The translations under genes and the position numbers were made by a program. Positions 9,196 to 17,698 of a DNA stretch of 32,023 bases are shown piece by piece; the first letter of the stretch is position 1; each line of letters opens with the position of its first letter. The notes under the pieces were generated by a model. That model saw only the letters and a list, made by a program, of their open reading frames with translations. It was not told the DNA's origin and made no database searches. Where the stretch lies: positions 1-32,023 of the forward strand of contig CANPXA010000001.1 of the NCBI GenBank assembly GCA_947585525.1, written 5' to 3'. Origin of the DNA: an uncultured Akkermansia sp. (lineage in GTDB: Bacteria; Verrucomicrobiota; Verrucomicrobiia; Verrucomicrobiales; Akkermansiaceae).

Positions 9196-10476
9196 TCAGG
9201 GTTTGGTGATGGAGGAATGTCCGAAGTAGGGGACGAGGGCGTCCGGGATGCGGATGGAGCCGTCCGGCTGTTGATACTGTTCGAGAAGGGCGACGTAGAG
9301 ACGCGGCAGGGCGGTGCCGGAGCCGTTGAGGGTGTAGGGCACGCGCATTTTCCCGTCGGCTGTCTTGTAACGCAGTTTCATGCGGCGAGCCTGGTAATCC
9401 GTGAAGCAGGAGCAGCTGGAGACTTCCAGATATTTCCCTTGGCCGGGAGCCCACACCTCGATGTCGTAGGTCTTTGCGGAGGAGAAGCCGACGTCGCCGG
9501 TGCACAGCTCAATGACTCGGTAGTGCAGATTGAGTTTCTGCAGGATGCTTTCAGCGTGGGTCGTGAGTTTCTCCAGGAGGTCAAAACCGTCTTCCGGGCG
9601 GCAGATCGTGACGAGTTCAACTTTATCAAACTGATGCACGCGAATCATGCCCTTGTTTTCACGTCCGGCGGAACCGGCTTCTCTGCGATAGCACGGGGTG
9701 TAGGCGGTCATCTTGATGGGCAGGTCCGTTTCGCGCAGGATCTGTTCACGGTAGAGGTTGGTGACAGGGACTTCGGCGGTTGGGACATTGAACATCGTGT
9801 TGCCTTCGAGCCCGTACATATCCTCTTCGAATTTGGGAAGCTGTCCGGTGCCGACCATACAGTCGCGCTTCACCATGAAGGGAACGCCCACTTCCTCATA
9901 GCCATTTTCCAAGGTCTGCGTGTCGAGCAGAAAGTTCACGAGAGCTCGCTCCAGCCGAGCCCCGAGACCTCGGTACACGATGAAGCCCGAGCCGGAGATG
10001 CGCGCGGCGGATTCAAAATCCAACAGTCCCAAGGCAGAGGCGAGCTGGACGTGGTCCTGAGGGGTCTCAATCTGAGGCTTCTCACCCCATGTGCGCAGGA
10101 CGGGGTTGGATGTCTCGTCTGCGCCGATGGGAGCGCCATCGTGGGGCATATTGGGGATGGAGAGCAGGAGTTGCTCCTGCTCCTCAGCGGCGGCAGTCGC
10201 GGCGGATTCCAATTCGCGCAGGCGTTCGCCGAGTTCGGTCATACGGGCTTTGATGGCATCCGCCTCCTCCTTTTTTCCTTCCTTGAGAAGGGCTCCTATC
10301 TTTTTGGAGGAGCTGTTTCTCTCCTGAGAAAGGGCTTGCTTTTCCGTCTCGATCTTACGGCGTTTCTCATCACACTCCAGCACGCGATCGACCAGCATCC
10401 AATGCTCGCCGCCACGGAGGCGTACTCGTTCCTTGACGTGCTCCGGATTTTCCCGGATGACTCTTATGTCCAACAT
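9196..10476 (-). CDS. serS: Serine--tRNA ligase
   Basis: MLDIRVIREN start, coiled-coil arm, GTGQLPKF, PTAEVP, RREAGS, RVHQFDKVE, EVSSCS, TLNGSG. Confidence 0.97.
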   Translation of the reverse strand: MLDIRVIRENPEHVKERVRLRGGEHWMLVDRVLECDEKRRKIETEKQALSQERNSSSKKIGALLKEGKKEEADAIKARMTELGERLRELESAATAAAEEQEQLLLSIPNMPHDGAPIGADETSNPVLRTWGEKPQIETPQDHVQLASALGLLDFESAARISGSGFIVYRGLGARLERALVNFLLDTQTLENGYEEVGVPFMVKRDCMVGTGQLPKFEEDMYGLEGNTMFNVPTAEVPVTNLYREQILRETDLPIKMTAYTPCYRREAGSAGRENKGMIRVHQFDKVELVTICRPEDGFDLLEKLTTHAESILQKLNLHYRVIELCTGDVGFSSAKTYDIEVWAPGQGKYLEVSSCSCFTDYQARRMKLRYKTADGKMRVPYTLNGSGTALPRLYVALLEQYQQPDGSIRIPDALVPYFGHSSITKP

Positions 10477-10485
10477 AACGAGGCT

Positions 10486-10513
10486 ATTTTACGACAATAG
10501 AGCGCTTTTTCAA
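10486..10513 (-). promoter_or_regulatory. Putative sigma70 promoter of serS operon
   Basis: TTGAAA (10513-10508), 16 nt, TAAAAT (10491-10486), 9 nt before ATG. Confidence 0.6.
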
Positions 10514-10568
10514 GCGAAAAGAAAAGACAAGAAAATTCGTGAACGATAGGAAATGTTGCCAATCCGGA

Positions 10569-10640
10569 GAAACGGCATAGCGTAACACCGGAGGTCTCCA
10601 AGCGAAGCGCGCGAATTTTCTAAATCGTCCATCGTGAATC
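10569..10640. repeat. Right-arm copy of the intergenic element
   Basis: 10569-10628 aligns with 14284-14344 (GAAACG..TAG.GTAACA.C.GG.G..TCTCC..GCGAAGCG..CGAATTTTCTAAATCGT); ends in AAATCGT CCATCGT heptamers. Confidence 0.75.
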
Positions 10641-10644
10641 TCCT

Positions 10645-11988
10645 CTACTGTTCCCGAGAGGATTCAAAGGCTTGCACGCGGTAGCAACGGCGCAAGATGA
10701 GGCGGCGCGTGTTGGGAGATTTCGCCGGCACAAACCAGAGTTCGAGCGCCACGGCAAAGGCTTGGTGAGCGACCCCGTTTTTGATGGTAAAGACGGGAGC
10801 ATTTTCCGGGAGCAGACCCGGCACGTGGCCGAATGAACTGTCACGCAGGTGCGTCGGGATGGAGCCCGGTATGTCGTGACGGAAGAGAACAGACTTGTCG
10901 TCGGAGAAGAGAGCGGGAAACGAGAAAAGACGCAGGGACGCGTTGGTTTCCATATCGAGGATACGCAGGATGAGCGTGCCGGCTTCTCCGGGGTTGACGT
11001 GGACCTCCGCCTGGTAGGTGCCATATTGAGTAGCGGGTTCACTGAGGAGGATTTGGGGTTGGTCGGCATCCATGCTTTTCGTGCCGGACAGGAGGCGCTT
11101 GAGAGAATCTTCGGAGGGATCGTCGACGAGAGGTTGCAGCATGGAATCGACCGTGGCAATAGCGGCGTTGATAGCGCGGTGAGCAGTCTCGGCATGGGAG
11201 GTTCCACGCCAGGCCAGCAGGAGGTAGTGGGAGCCTCCGAGGTCGAGAGCGAGATCCGGAACCTGCTCACTGCCCTCCGGGGTGCCCGGCATGGGGTCGC
11301 CCGGTTTGACGACGGTGTACCCCACGGGGAGCTGCTCGCCGCTGACCAGGTGGCGGAAGGCGACGTGAACCACTCCCGGTGTGCCGCCCGTGGTGGGAGG
11401 GATCATAACCACGTGGGCGGGCTTGGTAGAGAAGTTGTCATCTTCGGTGTGCAGCGACCAGCGAGGTGACGTGTCCACGTATGCGCGCAGCAAGACGGGA
11501 TATTTATTTTCGAGGAAGGAGAGGTTGGGGGTAAAAGAAACCGTGGAAGGTTCGTATTGCTCGGGAACGATAGGGATGACGAGGGATTCAGGACCGGTGA
11601 GGGAGTCGATGGGGAAGTGGATATCCTCGCTAGTATCGACAGGGCTGACTTCAGCAGCTACACTTTCGACGTCTCGGGGAACGTTGGCAAAATAGGCCAG
11701 CACGCAGAAAACGGCCGCCGTGCAGAGCCACCGGAGAAACCAGACGAAAAGCTGCACGAAGGTGCGCAGGTTGCGCAGATGCAGAAGCATCACGATGGAC
11801 GAGATGAAGATGAGAGTGCAGGAGAGAAGGAAACTGGCCATGATGAGCGATCCTGCGTAGTCTGGCGCGATGTCACGCCACCCCCTCGGAAGCATACGAG
11901 GCCAGAGCAGGGGCAGGCAGCCGAGGAGCGCCGTAAGGCAGCAGATCCAGTGCCAGACGCGCGGACGGGAGATGAGGGGGAGCTTCAT
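10645..11988 (-). CDS. Hypothetical membrane protein (3 N-terminal TM helices plus soluble domain)
   Basis: 447-aa ORF with hydrophobic N-terminal segments; ATGA overlap with the upstream gene; no family recognised. Confidence 0.8.
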   Translation of the reverse strand: MKLPLISRPRVWHWICCLTALLGCLPLLWPRMLPRGWRDIAPDYAGSLIMASFLLSCTLIFISSIVMLLHLRNLRTFVQLFVWFLRWLCTAAVFCVLAYFANVPRDVESVAAEVSPVDTSEDIHFPIDSLTGPESLVIPIVPEQYEPSTVSFTPNLSFLENKYPVLLRAYVDTSPRWSLHTEDDNFSTKPAHVVMIPPTTGGTPGVVHVAFRHLVSGEQLPVGYTVVKPGDPMPGTPEGSEQVPDLALDLGGSHYLLLAWRGTSHAETAHRAINAAIATVDSMLQPLVDDPSEDSLKRLLSGTKSMDADQPQILLSEPATQYGTYQAEVHVNPGEAGTLILRILDMETNASLRLFSFPALFSDDKSVLFRHDIPGSIPTHLRDSSFGHVPGLLPENAPVFTIKNGVAHQAFAVALELWFVPAKSPNTRRLILRRCYRVQAFESSREQ

Positions 11989-13823
11989 GGTGCGGATGGG
12001 AGGAATTCGTTGGAGTGTTCAAGAAAGAAGCGAGCCGTGGCAACCTCAAGCTCGTACTTCCATTCATCATCGGCGTTCATCAATCGGTCGAGTTCTTCAG
12101 GATGATCCCAATTTTTTGCGAGGGTTTCGTAGGCTTCTGCGGCATGGGGGGCGTGGATATTTCGCATGAGCGCGAAAAGCCTCGTTTGTTCTTCCCGGGG
12201 CATCTTGCCGAACCAAAGTTTTTCCAGGGAGGTGAGGAGCACGGCATCTTGCAGGAAAGGGGAGTCAGGCTCCCGGTTGTGTTCCGCGAGCCAAGAGGCG
12301 ACCCCGTTGTCGCGCGCCTCCGGCAACCTTGCTGTCGCTAATTGGGCCGCGTAGGCGCCGGCGCGGAGAGGGAGAGAGTCGGCGTTGCAGAGGCGTTCAA
12401 TTTTTTCGGCGGCATTGGGACTGTGAGCCAGCAGTTCGACGAGATCGGCGGCGTCTTCGTAGAGACCTGCCTTGGCAGCTTTGAGGGCCTGCTCTTCCAG
12501 AAAATCGGCAGGGAATGAAAGGGAAGGAGTATCGCGCAGGGCGTCGAGGACGGGACGGAGGAGCTCCCGGCTGTCTCTTTCCGTGAATGAAGGTTGTTGC
12601 CAGAGCGGGATAGCGAGGAGGGTGCGGGAACAGCGTGCGGGATCGACCTGAGTGAGGAGAGCGATGGCCGCATCCACCGCCTGCGGGTACATCTCATCGC
12701 TGCGCATTTCATCGGGCAGTGAGAAAACCGCCGCGATGGGGTCGAAGTGCGGAGAAAGTTGCTCTCCGGGATGAGGGGAAATGGCGGCACGACAGATATC
12801 CGCCAACAGGGTTTTCCCCGAGCTGAACTGCAGAGGCGGGCTTTGCAGCGTAATACCGCGTTCTCGCAGCTTGTCGAGCAGGTACGGCTTCATCGACAGA
12901 AAATCGTACGGACAGAACCCCGGGAAGTCCTCATCCTGTTGGGCGCGCGCATAGGGATCTGCACCGTTGTGTAAAAGAAATACGGCTACATCCAAGGCCT
13001 GTGGGAGGAGGGGAGAGTCCTGTTCGGTGGCGGACAGCTCTTGGGTCAAATTGAAGAGGGCTGTGTTGCCGGGAACGGAGTCTTTGGAGTCGGACACCTT
13101 AGCGCCGTGATTGAGGAGAAGTTTGATGCAGGCAGTGTGATCGCCGGGGAAACGGCAGCAGCCCACCGCGGCAGCGTGCAGCAACCCTTCTTTGCCAACC
13201 GCCGGGTTCTCCAAAAGCTTACCGAGCATACGAGGCCAGCCGTGCAGGGCGGGGGGCTGAGCAGATTCGGAGTCCGGACGAGCGCCTTTTTCCATGAGGT
13301 TCAAGATGACGTCTTCGTTTTCACAGACGAATGCTGCTTCCGTCAAAAAATCTCCTTTCTCATGACCGGATTGTCCAAAATCGGCGCCCTTTGCCAGCAG
13401 GATGTCAACCAAGTTGACGAGCACATCCGTCGGCGTGTCCGGGAACGCATAGGTGTCAACTGCCAACAGGAGAGGGGAGTCATCTTCGCGGTCGTGGGCG
13501 TTCGGATCAACGCCGTTCAGCAGCAGCCAACGCGCCAATTCAGGTTTTTTGAAAAAGCACGCCAGATGCAGCAACCGTACTCCGGAGCGGGCTTCTTTCG
13601 GCTTTACTTCCCTCGTGCGGGAAAAATCCTCAACAGTTTGGTGAAAAATTTCAATCAATTCAGGCTCGATGATGTCCCTTGCTGCCAGCTCCGGCAGATC
13701 GCGATCACGAATTTCGGCGAATTGTTCAGCGGCAAGCGCAGGGATGCGTCCCTCTCCCTCCTTGCTGCATCCGATAAGCAAGAGTGCGCATACCATCGCC
13801 GATAGAAGAACCCTCATCCTCAT
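11985..13823 (-). CDS. Ankyrin-repeat lipoprotein
   Basis: Lipobox LLIGC; ankyrin-like motifs LLHLACF..LLLNGVDPN..DSPLLLAV, LLHAAA..LLLNHGA, LLHNGADP; start set at ATG 13823 (MRMRVLL) because a promoter occupies 13831-13859. Confidence 0.82.
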   Translation of the reverse strand: MRMRVLLSAMVCALLLIGCSKEGEGRIPALAAEQFAEIRDRDLPELAARDIIEPELIEIFHQTVEDFSRTREVKPKEARSGVRLLHLACFFKKPELARWLLLNGVDPNAHDREDDSPLLLAVDTYAFPDTPTDVLVNLVDILLAKGADFGQSGHEKGDFLTEAAFVCENEDVILNLMEKGARPDSESAQPPALHGWPRMLGKLLENPAVGKEGLLHAAAVGCCRFPGDHTACIKLLLNHGAKVSDSKDSVPGNTALFNLTQELSATEQDSPLLPQALDVAVFLLHNGADPYARAQQDEDFPGFCPYDFLSMKPYLLDKLRERGITLQSPPLQFSSGKTLLADICRAAISPHPGEQLSPHFDPIAAVFSLPDEMRSDEMYPQAVDAAIALLTQVDPARCSRTLLAIPLWQQPSFTERDSRELLRPVLDALRDTPSLSFPADFLEEQALKAAKAGLYEDAADLVELLAHSPNAAEKIERLCNADSLPLRAGAYAAQLATARLPEARDNGVASWLAEHNREPDSPFLQDAVLLTSLEKLWFGKMPREEQTRLFALMRNIHAPHAAEAYETLAKNWDHPEELDRLMNADDEWKYELEVATARFFLEHSNEFLPSAP

Positions 13824-13830
13824 GCCCGCT

Positions 13831-13859
13831 ACCATACCAGATTTATCTTCCGTTTGCAA
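13831..13859 (-). promoter_or_regulatory. Putative extended -10 promoter of ankyrin gene
   Basis: TTGCAA (13859-13854), 17 nt ending TGG, TATGGT (13836-13831), 7 nt before ATG. Confidence 0.5.
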
Positions 13860-13873
13860 CGAGTTTCCCCGAG

Positions 13874-13950
13874 TTACGAATTACGAATTACGAATTACGA
13901 ATTACGAATTACGAATTACGAATTACGAATTACGAATTACGAATTACGAA
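13874..13950 (+). repeat. Perfect tandem repeat (TTACGAA)x11
   Basis: 11 uninterrupted 7-bp units counted directly. Confidence 0.98.
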
Positions 13951-14350
13951 GTGTGCGTTGCGCAAATTTTTCGAATCATCAACGTGTTCGGGTGAGTTCT
14001 CGAGATCCATCATCATGATGACCGCTTGTTGTTATGATTTTTGATACGCATCAATGATGATATCAATCAATAAGAGCATTCTCTCTGTTGATGCACTTCT
14101 CTCAAATGCGTTTGTCCTGCCCCGAAGTCGGGCGCACGCAAAGCGTGTGGTAAGACCGATTAGCCAAAAGCGACAGCTTTTGTCCCAACGGGATGAGGAG
14201 TCGTGAGGCGACTCCGAAGCAAGCGCCGATGGGGCGGCGCTGAGTCAATGGGGTGCCAAGGCCTCAATGGAAGCAAAGCTGGGGAAACGACGTAGTGTAA
14301 CATCAGGGGTTCTCCGCGCGAAGCGAACGAATTTTCTAAATCGTAAATCA
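13951..14350. repeat. Mosaic of shared palindromic modules downstream of rnpB
   Basis: 14008-14025 = 14988-15005; 14081-14113 matches 21972-22004 (32/33); 14222-14248 matches 14881-14907 (25/27); inverted GGACAAAAGC hairpin at 14163-14185; 14284-14344 similar to 10569-10628. Confidence 0.85.
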
Positions 14351-14363
14351 CCAATGGGTTTGC

Positions 14364-14742
14364 CGCTCGGGTTCTGTAAGCCGGATTCTGTCCGTCCTCT
14401 CGGACGGGGTGATCATTTTTCTCAGGAGCCTGTTGAGAGGATCCTGCCTCGCGGTGAAGCGAGGTGCAACTACTACCCGGGGGTCATTGAACGGGCAGGC
14501 TACCCTCCCCCTGTTTGTCTTGCATCACGCGGGGCTTGCCGTGCCCCCGTCGTTACCTTCGGGGCGGTGGGCTCTTACCCCACCATTTCACCCTTACCTT
14601 TGCAGGCGGTTTATTTTCTGTGGCGCTATCCGTCGTCGCGGCTTGACCCACGACTCCCCCACTTTCGTGGGGCGCGTTGCCTTTTGATGTCCGGACTTTC
14701 CTCTACGGGTTTGCACCCGCAGCGACCACCCGAACCCGAGCG
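14364..14742 (-). ncRNA. rnpB: RNase P RNA (bacterial type A)
   Basis: Minus strand carries GAGGAAAGUCCGG near the 5' end and ACAGAAUCCGGCUUA near the 3' end; terminal P1 helix CGCUCGGGUUC / GAACCCGAGCG. Confidence 0.95.
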
Positions 14743-14750
14743 ACGACGCC

Positions 14751-14779
14751 CTTATACCACAGTTCTCGCTGAATGACAA
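14751..14779 (-). promoter_or_regulatory. Putative sigma70 promoter of rnpB
   Basis: TTGTCA (14779-14774), 17 nt ending TGTGG, TATAAG (14756-14751), 8 nt before the P1 helix. Confidence 0.7.
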
Positions 14780-14787
14780 GAGCAAGA

Positions 14788-15108
14788 AGCAAACGCATTA
14801 GAAATGCGTTTGCTATTTGCAAGACCGTCGACGGCTGTAAAACTGGTTGGACAAAAGAGCAGCTTTTGCCCGAAGGGCTCAGCGCCGATGGGGCGGCGTC
14901 GAGTCAATTTTTCGATTTACGAATTACGACATGGGGAGTTCGGCGGCTACGCCGCGAATTTGGCGAACGAGAAGACTTCTTCAGAGACATCATCATGATG
15001 ACCGCCGGTTGTTGCCTCAAGCTCGCCCCACCGAAACGCGCGAAGCGCGCATTATTTCCAAATCGTAAATCGTATATCGTAAATAGGCAAACGCATTTGC
15101 GTTTGCCC
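14788..15108. repeat. Apparently complete intergenic element with inverted termini (MITE/REPIN-like)
   Basis: Left AGCAAACGCATT-AGA-AATGCGTTTGCT + ATTTGCA; right AAATCGT AAATCGT ATATCGT AAATA + GGCAAACGC-ATTT-GCGTTTGCC; internal shared modules. Confidence 0.8.
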
Positions 15109-15128
15109 TGGTCTCAATCTATATTCAA

Positions 15129-15157
15129 TTGACAGATCCCTTTCTCTTCTCTAGGAT
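15129..15157 (+). promoter_or_regulatory. Putative sigma70 promoter of hydrolase gene
   Basis: TTGACA (15129-15134), 17 nt, TAGGAT (15152-15157), 9 nt before ATG. Confidence 0.7.
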
Positions 15158-15166
15158 AAGTGGGAG

Positions 15167-16831
15167 ATGAGGCGTTTTTCGGGCATCTTCGTGATAGGGG
15201 TGGCACTGGCAGTCGGGCTTTCCGGTTGCGAGCGCCCGCTCACGCCGTCACCGAGGCTGAGTAGTCCGAGTCGTTCGGTGCAGTCCGACGAGGAATTGAC
15301 GCAGAAATTGCGGAAGGAATGGGAAGAACTGAAAAAAGTGAAGATGACAGAAGGCGAGCGGCAGGAGCTGATTCGTCAGTACAACACCGACGTGTTTTTG
15401 TTGCTGAACCGGTTGAGACGGGACGCTCTGAGGTATGGGAAGAAGCTGCCTTACGAAGTTGTGATGGACGAGCAAGGAGGCAGGCATTCGGTGCTTCTTG
15501 AGCGTCTGTTCGATGACCTGGCGCCGGCTAAGGACATCCGCATGACGGACCTGAAGGAGCGTTACATCGTGCCGGGTCTGGGTGTACCGCTCGTCGGCAT
15601 TATCCCTGCCGGAAAGTTGCACGACAGCGACCGGATAGCGACCTTTCACGCTCACGGGGCCGTGCGCACCTTGACGGCTCTGGTGGAGTTCAAACCATGC
15701 GGGAGGCAGACTCGTCCGTTGATACGGTTGATTCCGCGGCAGGACAAGGAACGCGTGCAGGTGGGACGTTTATCCTATCCCCTCTCGGCTGATTTCTCCG
15801 CTGCCATCGAGATGTACTGGAGACTCACTGAGGTGGACAAGGGACGTATCCTGGGGCTGTTGCGTCCGCAACCGGAAAGGGCAGTTGCAGGACTCACCTG
15901 CATCGAGCGCTACGATCCGGATAAAATCCCGGTGGTGCTCGTCCACGGGCTGGTCTCCAGCGCCGCGACCTTCAGCAACCTCGTCAACCGTCTCCAAGCC
16001 GACCCCAAAATCCGCCACCATTACCAATTTTGGTACTTCAATTACCCCACCGGCACGGCATGGACGATCAGCGCGGCAGCCTATCGCAAAGCTCTGCGGG
16101 AAGCCCGCGAGAGGTTCGACCCCTTGGAAACGAACGAAAACTGGGAGAGAATGGTGGTCGTGGGGCACTCCATGGGCGGACTCATCACGCGCTACAGTCA
16201 GTGTACCGAACCGTGGAAAATACTGGAAGCCGCCCGCACCTCCCACAACAGTCTCGTTGACTTCTTCTCCGGGAAATACGTGAACGCACCCCTCCCCTCA
16301 AACCGGTTGCGAGAAATGAAGGAGGTCTATTATTTCCGCCCCATAAAGGCGAGTCAGGTGGTGTATATGGCAACCCCCCACCGCGGAACGCCCTTTGCCC
16401 GCAACCGCTTCGTTCTTCTCCTCAGCAATATGGTGCGTCTGCCTCAAGTCGTTGTGGAAGAGGCTTTCAGTATCGCCACCTTGCAACGGGACAACCTCAT
16501 CACCAACCCGCGCCGCCTCACCGAATGGTACACCAGCATCCGCCAGCTCTCCCCGGACAGTTACTCCATTCGTGGTCTCTCCAGCCTCTCTGTCCGCAAT
16601 GTCCCCACTCACTCCATCATCGGCGACCGCGGACGCAACAACTCCCCTCACAGCTCCGACGGCGTCGTTCCCTACTGGTCCTCTCACATCCCGTGGGGCT
16701 CGGAATGCATCGTTCCCTCCGGTCACTCCGTGCAGGACACGAAAGAAGCGGCTGAAGAAATGAAACGCATCCTCCTCAACTGCCTCCACCTCCCGCCGCT
16801 TTCTAGCCAACGACCCTCCCCACGTCGTTAA
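15167..16831 (+). CDS. Alpha/beta-fold hydrolase lipoprotein (lipase/esterase-like)
   Basis: Lipobox LSGC; PVVLVHGL, GHSMGG nucleophile, ATPHRGT, SDGVVPYWSSH and GHS. Confidence 0.88.
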   Translation: MRRFSGIFVIGVALAVGLSGCERPLTPSPRLSSPSRSVQSDEELTQKLRKEWEELKKVKMTEGERQELIRQYNTDVFLLLNRLRRDALRYGKKLPYEVVMDEQGGRHSVLLERLFDDLAPAKDIRMTDLKERYIVPGLGVPLVGIIPAGKLHDSDRIATFHAHGAVRTLTALVEFKPCGRQTRPLIRLIPRQDKERVQVGRLSYPLSADFSAAIEMYWRLTEVDKGRILGLLRPQPERAVAGLTCIERYDPDKIPVVLVHGLVSSAATFSNLVNRLQADPKIRHHYQFWYFNYPTGTAWTISAAAYRKALREARERFDPLETNENWERMVVVGHSMGGLITRYSQCTEPWKILEAARTSHNSLVDFFSGKYVNAPLPSNRLREMKEVYYFRPIKASQVVYMATPHRGTPFARNRFVLLLSNMVRLPQVVVEEAFSIATLQRDNLITNPRRLTEWYTSIRQLSPDSYSIRGLSSLSVRNVPTHSIIGDRGRNNSPHSSDGVVPYWSSHIPWGSECIVPSGHSVQDTKEAAEEMKRILLNCLHLPPLSSQRPSPRR

Positions 16832-16872
16832 AAATTCCGCTGCGCTTCTGCTCCGCTTCCATCGTCCATAAT
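16832..16872. repeat. Short remnant of the intergenic element
   Basis: 16832-16857 reverse complement (AGCGGAGCAGAAGCGCAGCGGAATTT) resembles 1925-1950 (AGCGGAGCAGTAGCGTAGCGAAATTC); followed by TCCATCGTCCAT. Confidence 0.6.
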
Positions 16873-16969
16873 CAATGTGTTATGTTGCATCACCCGCCGA
16901 TAACTGCGTGTTGGGATTACTTTTTCTTGGGCCGAATGTCAGAAAATGCATCAGTGACAGAAGTTTTGC

Positions 16970-16997
16970 TTGACGTGGCTCCGGAAATAAGTATAAT
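16970..16997 (+). promoter_or_regulatory. Putative sigma70 promoter of rpmB
   Basis: TTGACG (16970-16975), 16 nt, TATAAT (16992-16997). Confidence 0.7.
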
Positions 16998-17030
16998 ACT
17001 TTCCGCGAATCGAATAACCTGTTTAAGGCT

Positions 17031-17309
17031 ATGTCAAGAATCTGTAACATCACGCTCGCTATCCCGCACAAGGGACGTCGCATTCATCGCTCCGGTCTTG
17101 CCAAGAAGAAGGGCGGTATCGGGCGCCACGTCACGAAAACTGTCAACCGCACCGTTTATCCCAACCTTCAAGAGAAACGCGTTTGGGTGCCGGAACTTAA
17201 TGGAGGACGCGGAGGTTTCATTCGTATGAAGCTCTCTTGCAGGGCGTTGCGAACCATCGCCAAGAACGGCGCTCTCAACACCCTCCGAAAAGCAGGCATC
17301 CTCTACTGA
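17031..17309 (+). CDS. rpmB: 50S ribosomal protein L28
   Basis: 92 aa, basic; MSRIC.IT, RSGLAKKKGGIG, R...PNLQ.KR.W.PE, ALRTI.K.G. Confidence 0.92.
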   Translation: MSRICNITLAIPHKGRRIHRSGLAKKKGGIGRHVTKTVNRTVYPNLQEKRVWVPELNGGRGGFIRMKLSCRALRTIAKNGALNTLRKAGILY

Positions 17310-17360
17310 TTTTTTTGCGACTGCTTTTGAACGGTTGAGCCACTCCACGTGTCTTACCCC

Positions 17361-17408
17361 TCGATCAGGTTATTCACCGGGAATCGTCCCTGAGTCGATT
17401 TTCTTTTT
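17361..17408 (+). terminator. Imperfect hairpin with U-tract between rpmB and the next ORF
   Basis: TCGATCAGG...CCTGAGTCGA with inner ATTC/GAAT stem, followed by TTTTCTTTTT. Confidence 0.45.
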
Positions 17409-17424
17409 AATCAGTATAAACGCC

Positions 17425-17652
17425 ATGACACCTCAACATACGAAAATCTGCCTTCGGATCAATGATGAGAATCAAAATCATCATCTTTGGAACAATCGGG
17501 GCGTCTGGTGGTGTCACGTCACAGTCCACAAACCCGATGCCACGGCTGAGAGACTTCGCTTCTCCCTGCGCACTCGTGACATTGAACGCGCTCGTTCCCT
17601 TCGGGATCGCATTTTTCGGGATATCCAGCGCCACTTCGGCGTCGTCGCTTGA
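17425..17652 (+). CDS. Small basic hypothetical protein
   Basis: 75 aa from ATG 17425; NHHLWNNRGVWWCHVTVH and RLRFSLRTRDIERARSLRD look like a three-strand plus helix nucleic-acid-binding fold. Confidence 0.75.
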   Translation: MTPQHTKICLRINDENQNHHLWNNRGVWWCHVTVHKPDATAERLRFSLRTRDIERARSLRDRIFRDIQRHFGVVA

Positions 17653-17698
17653 TGGGGCAATTTCGTTGCTGTTACTTGCCACGACCCGATAAGAGGGA

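Noticed and set aside
8971-10500. 509-aa plus-strand ORF
   Set aside because: Antisense shadow of serS and the exbB-like gene.
13669-14044. ORFs with (LRITNYE)n repeats
   Set aside because: They are translations of the (TTACGAA)x11 array and overlap the ankyrin gene on the opposite strand; the IYDLRFT peptides in ORFs at 1683-1965 and 7255-7782 arise the same way.
14267-14776. 169-aa ORF and overlapping small ORFs
   Set aside because: They overlap the RNase P RNA gene, which explains the sequence.
13874-15108. Possible CRISPR array
   Set aside because: No regularly spaced identical repeats with unique spacers, and no cas genes in the window.
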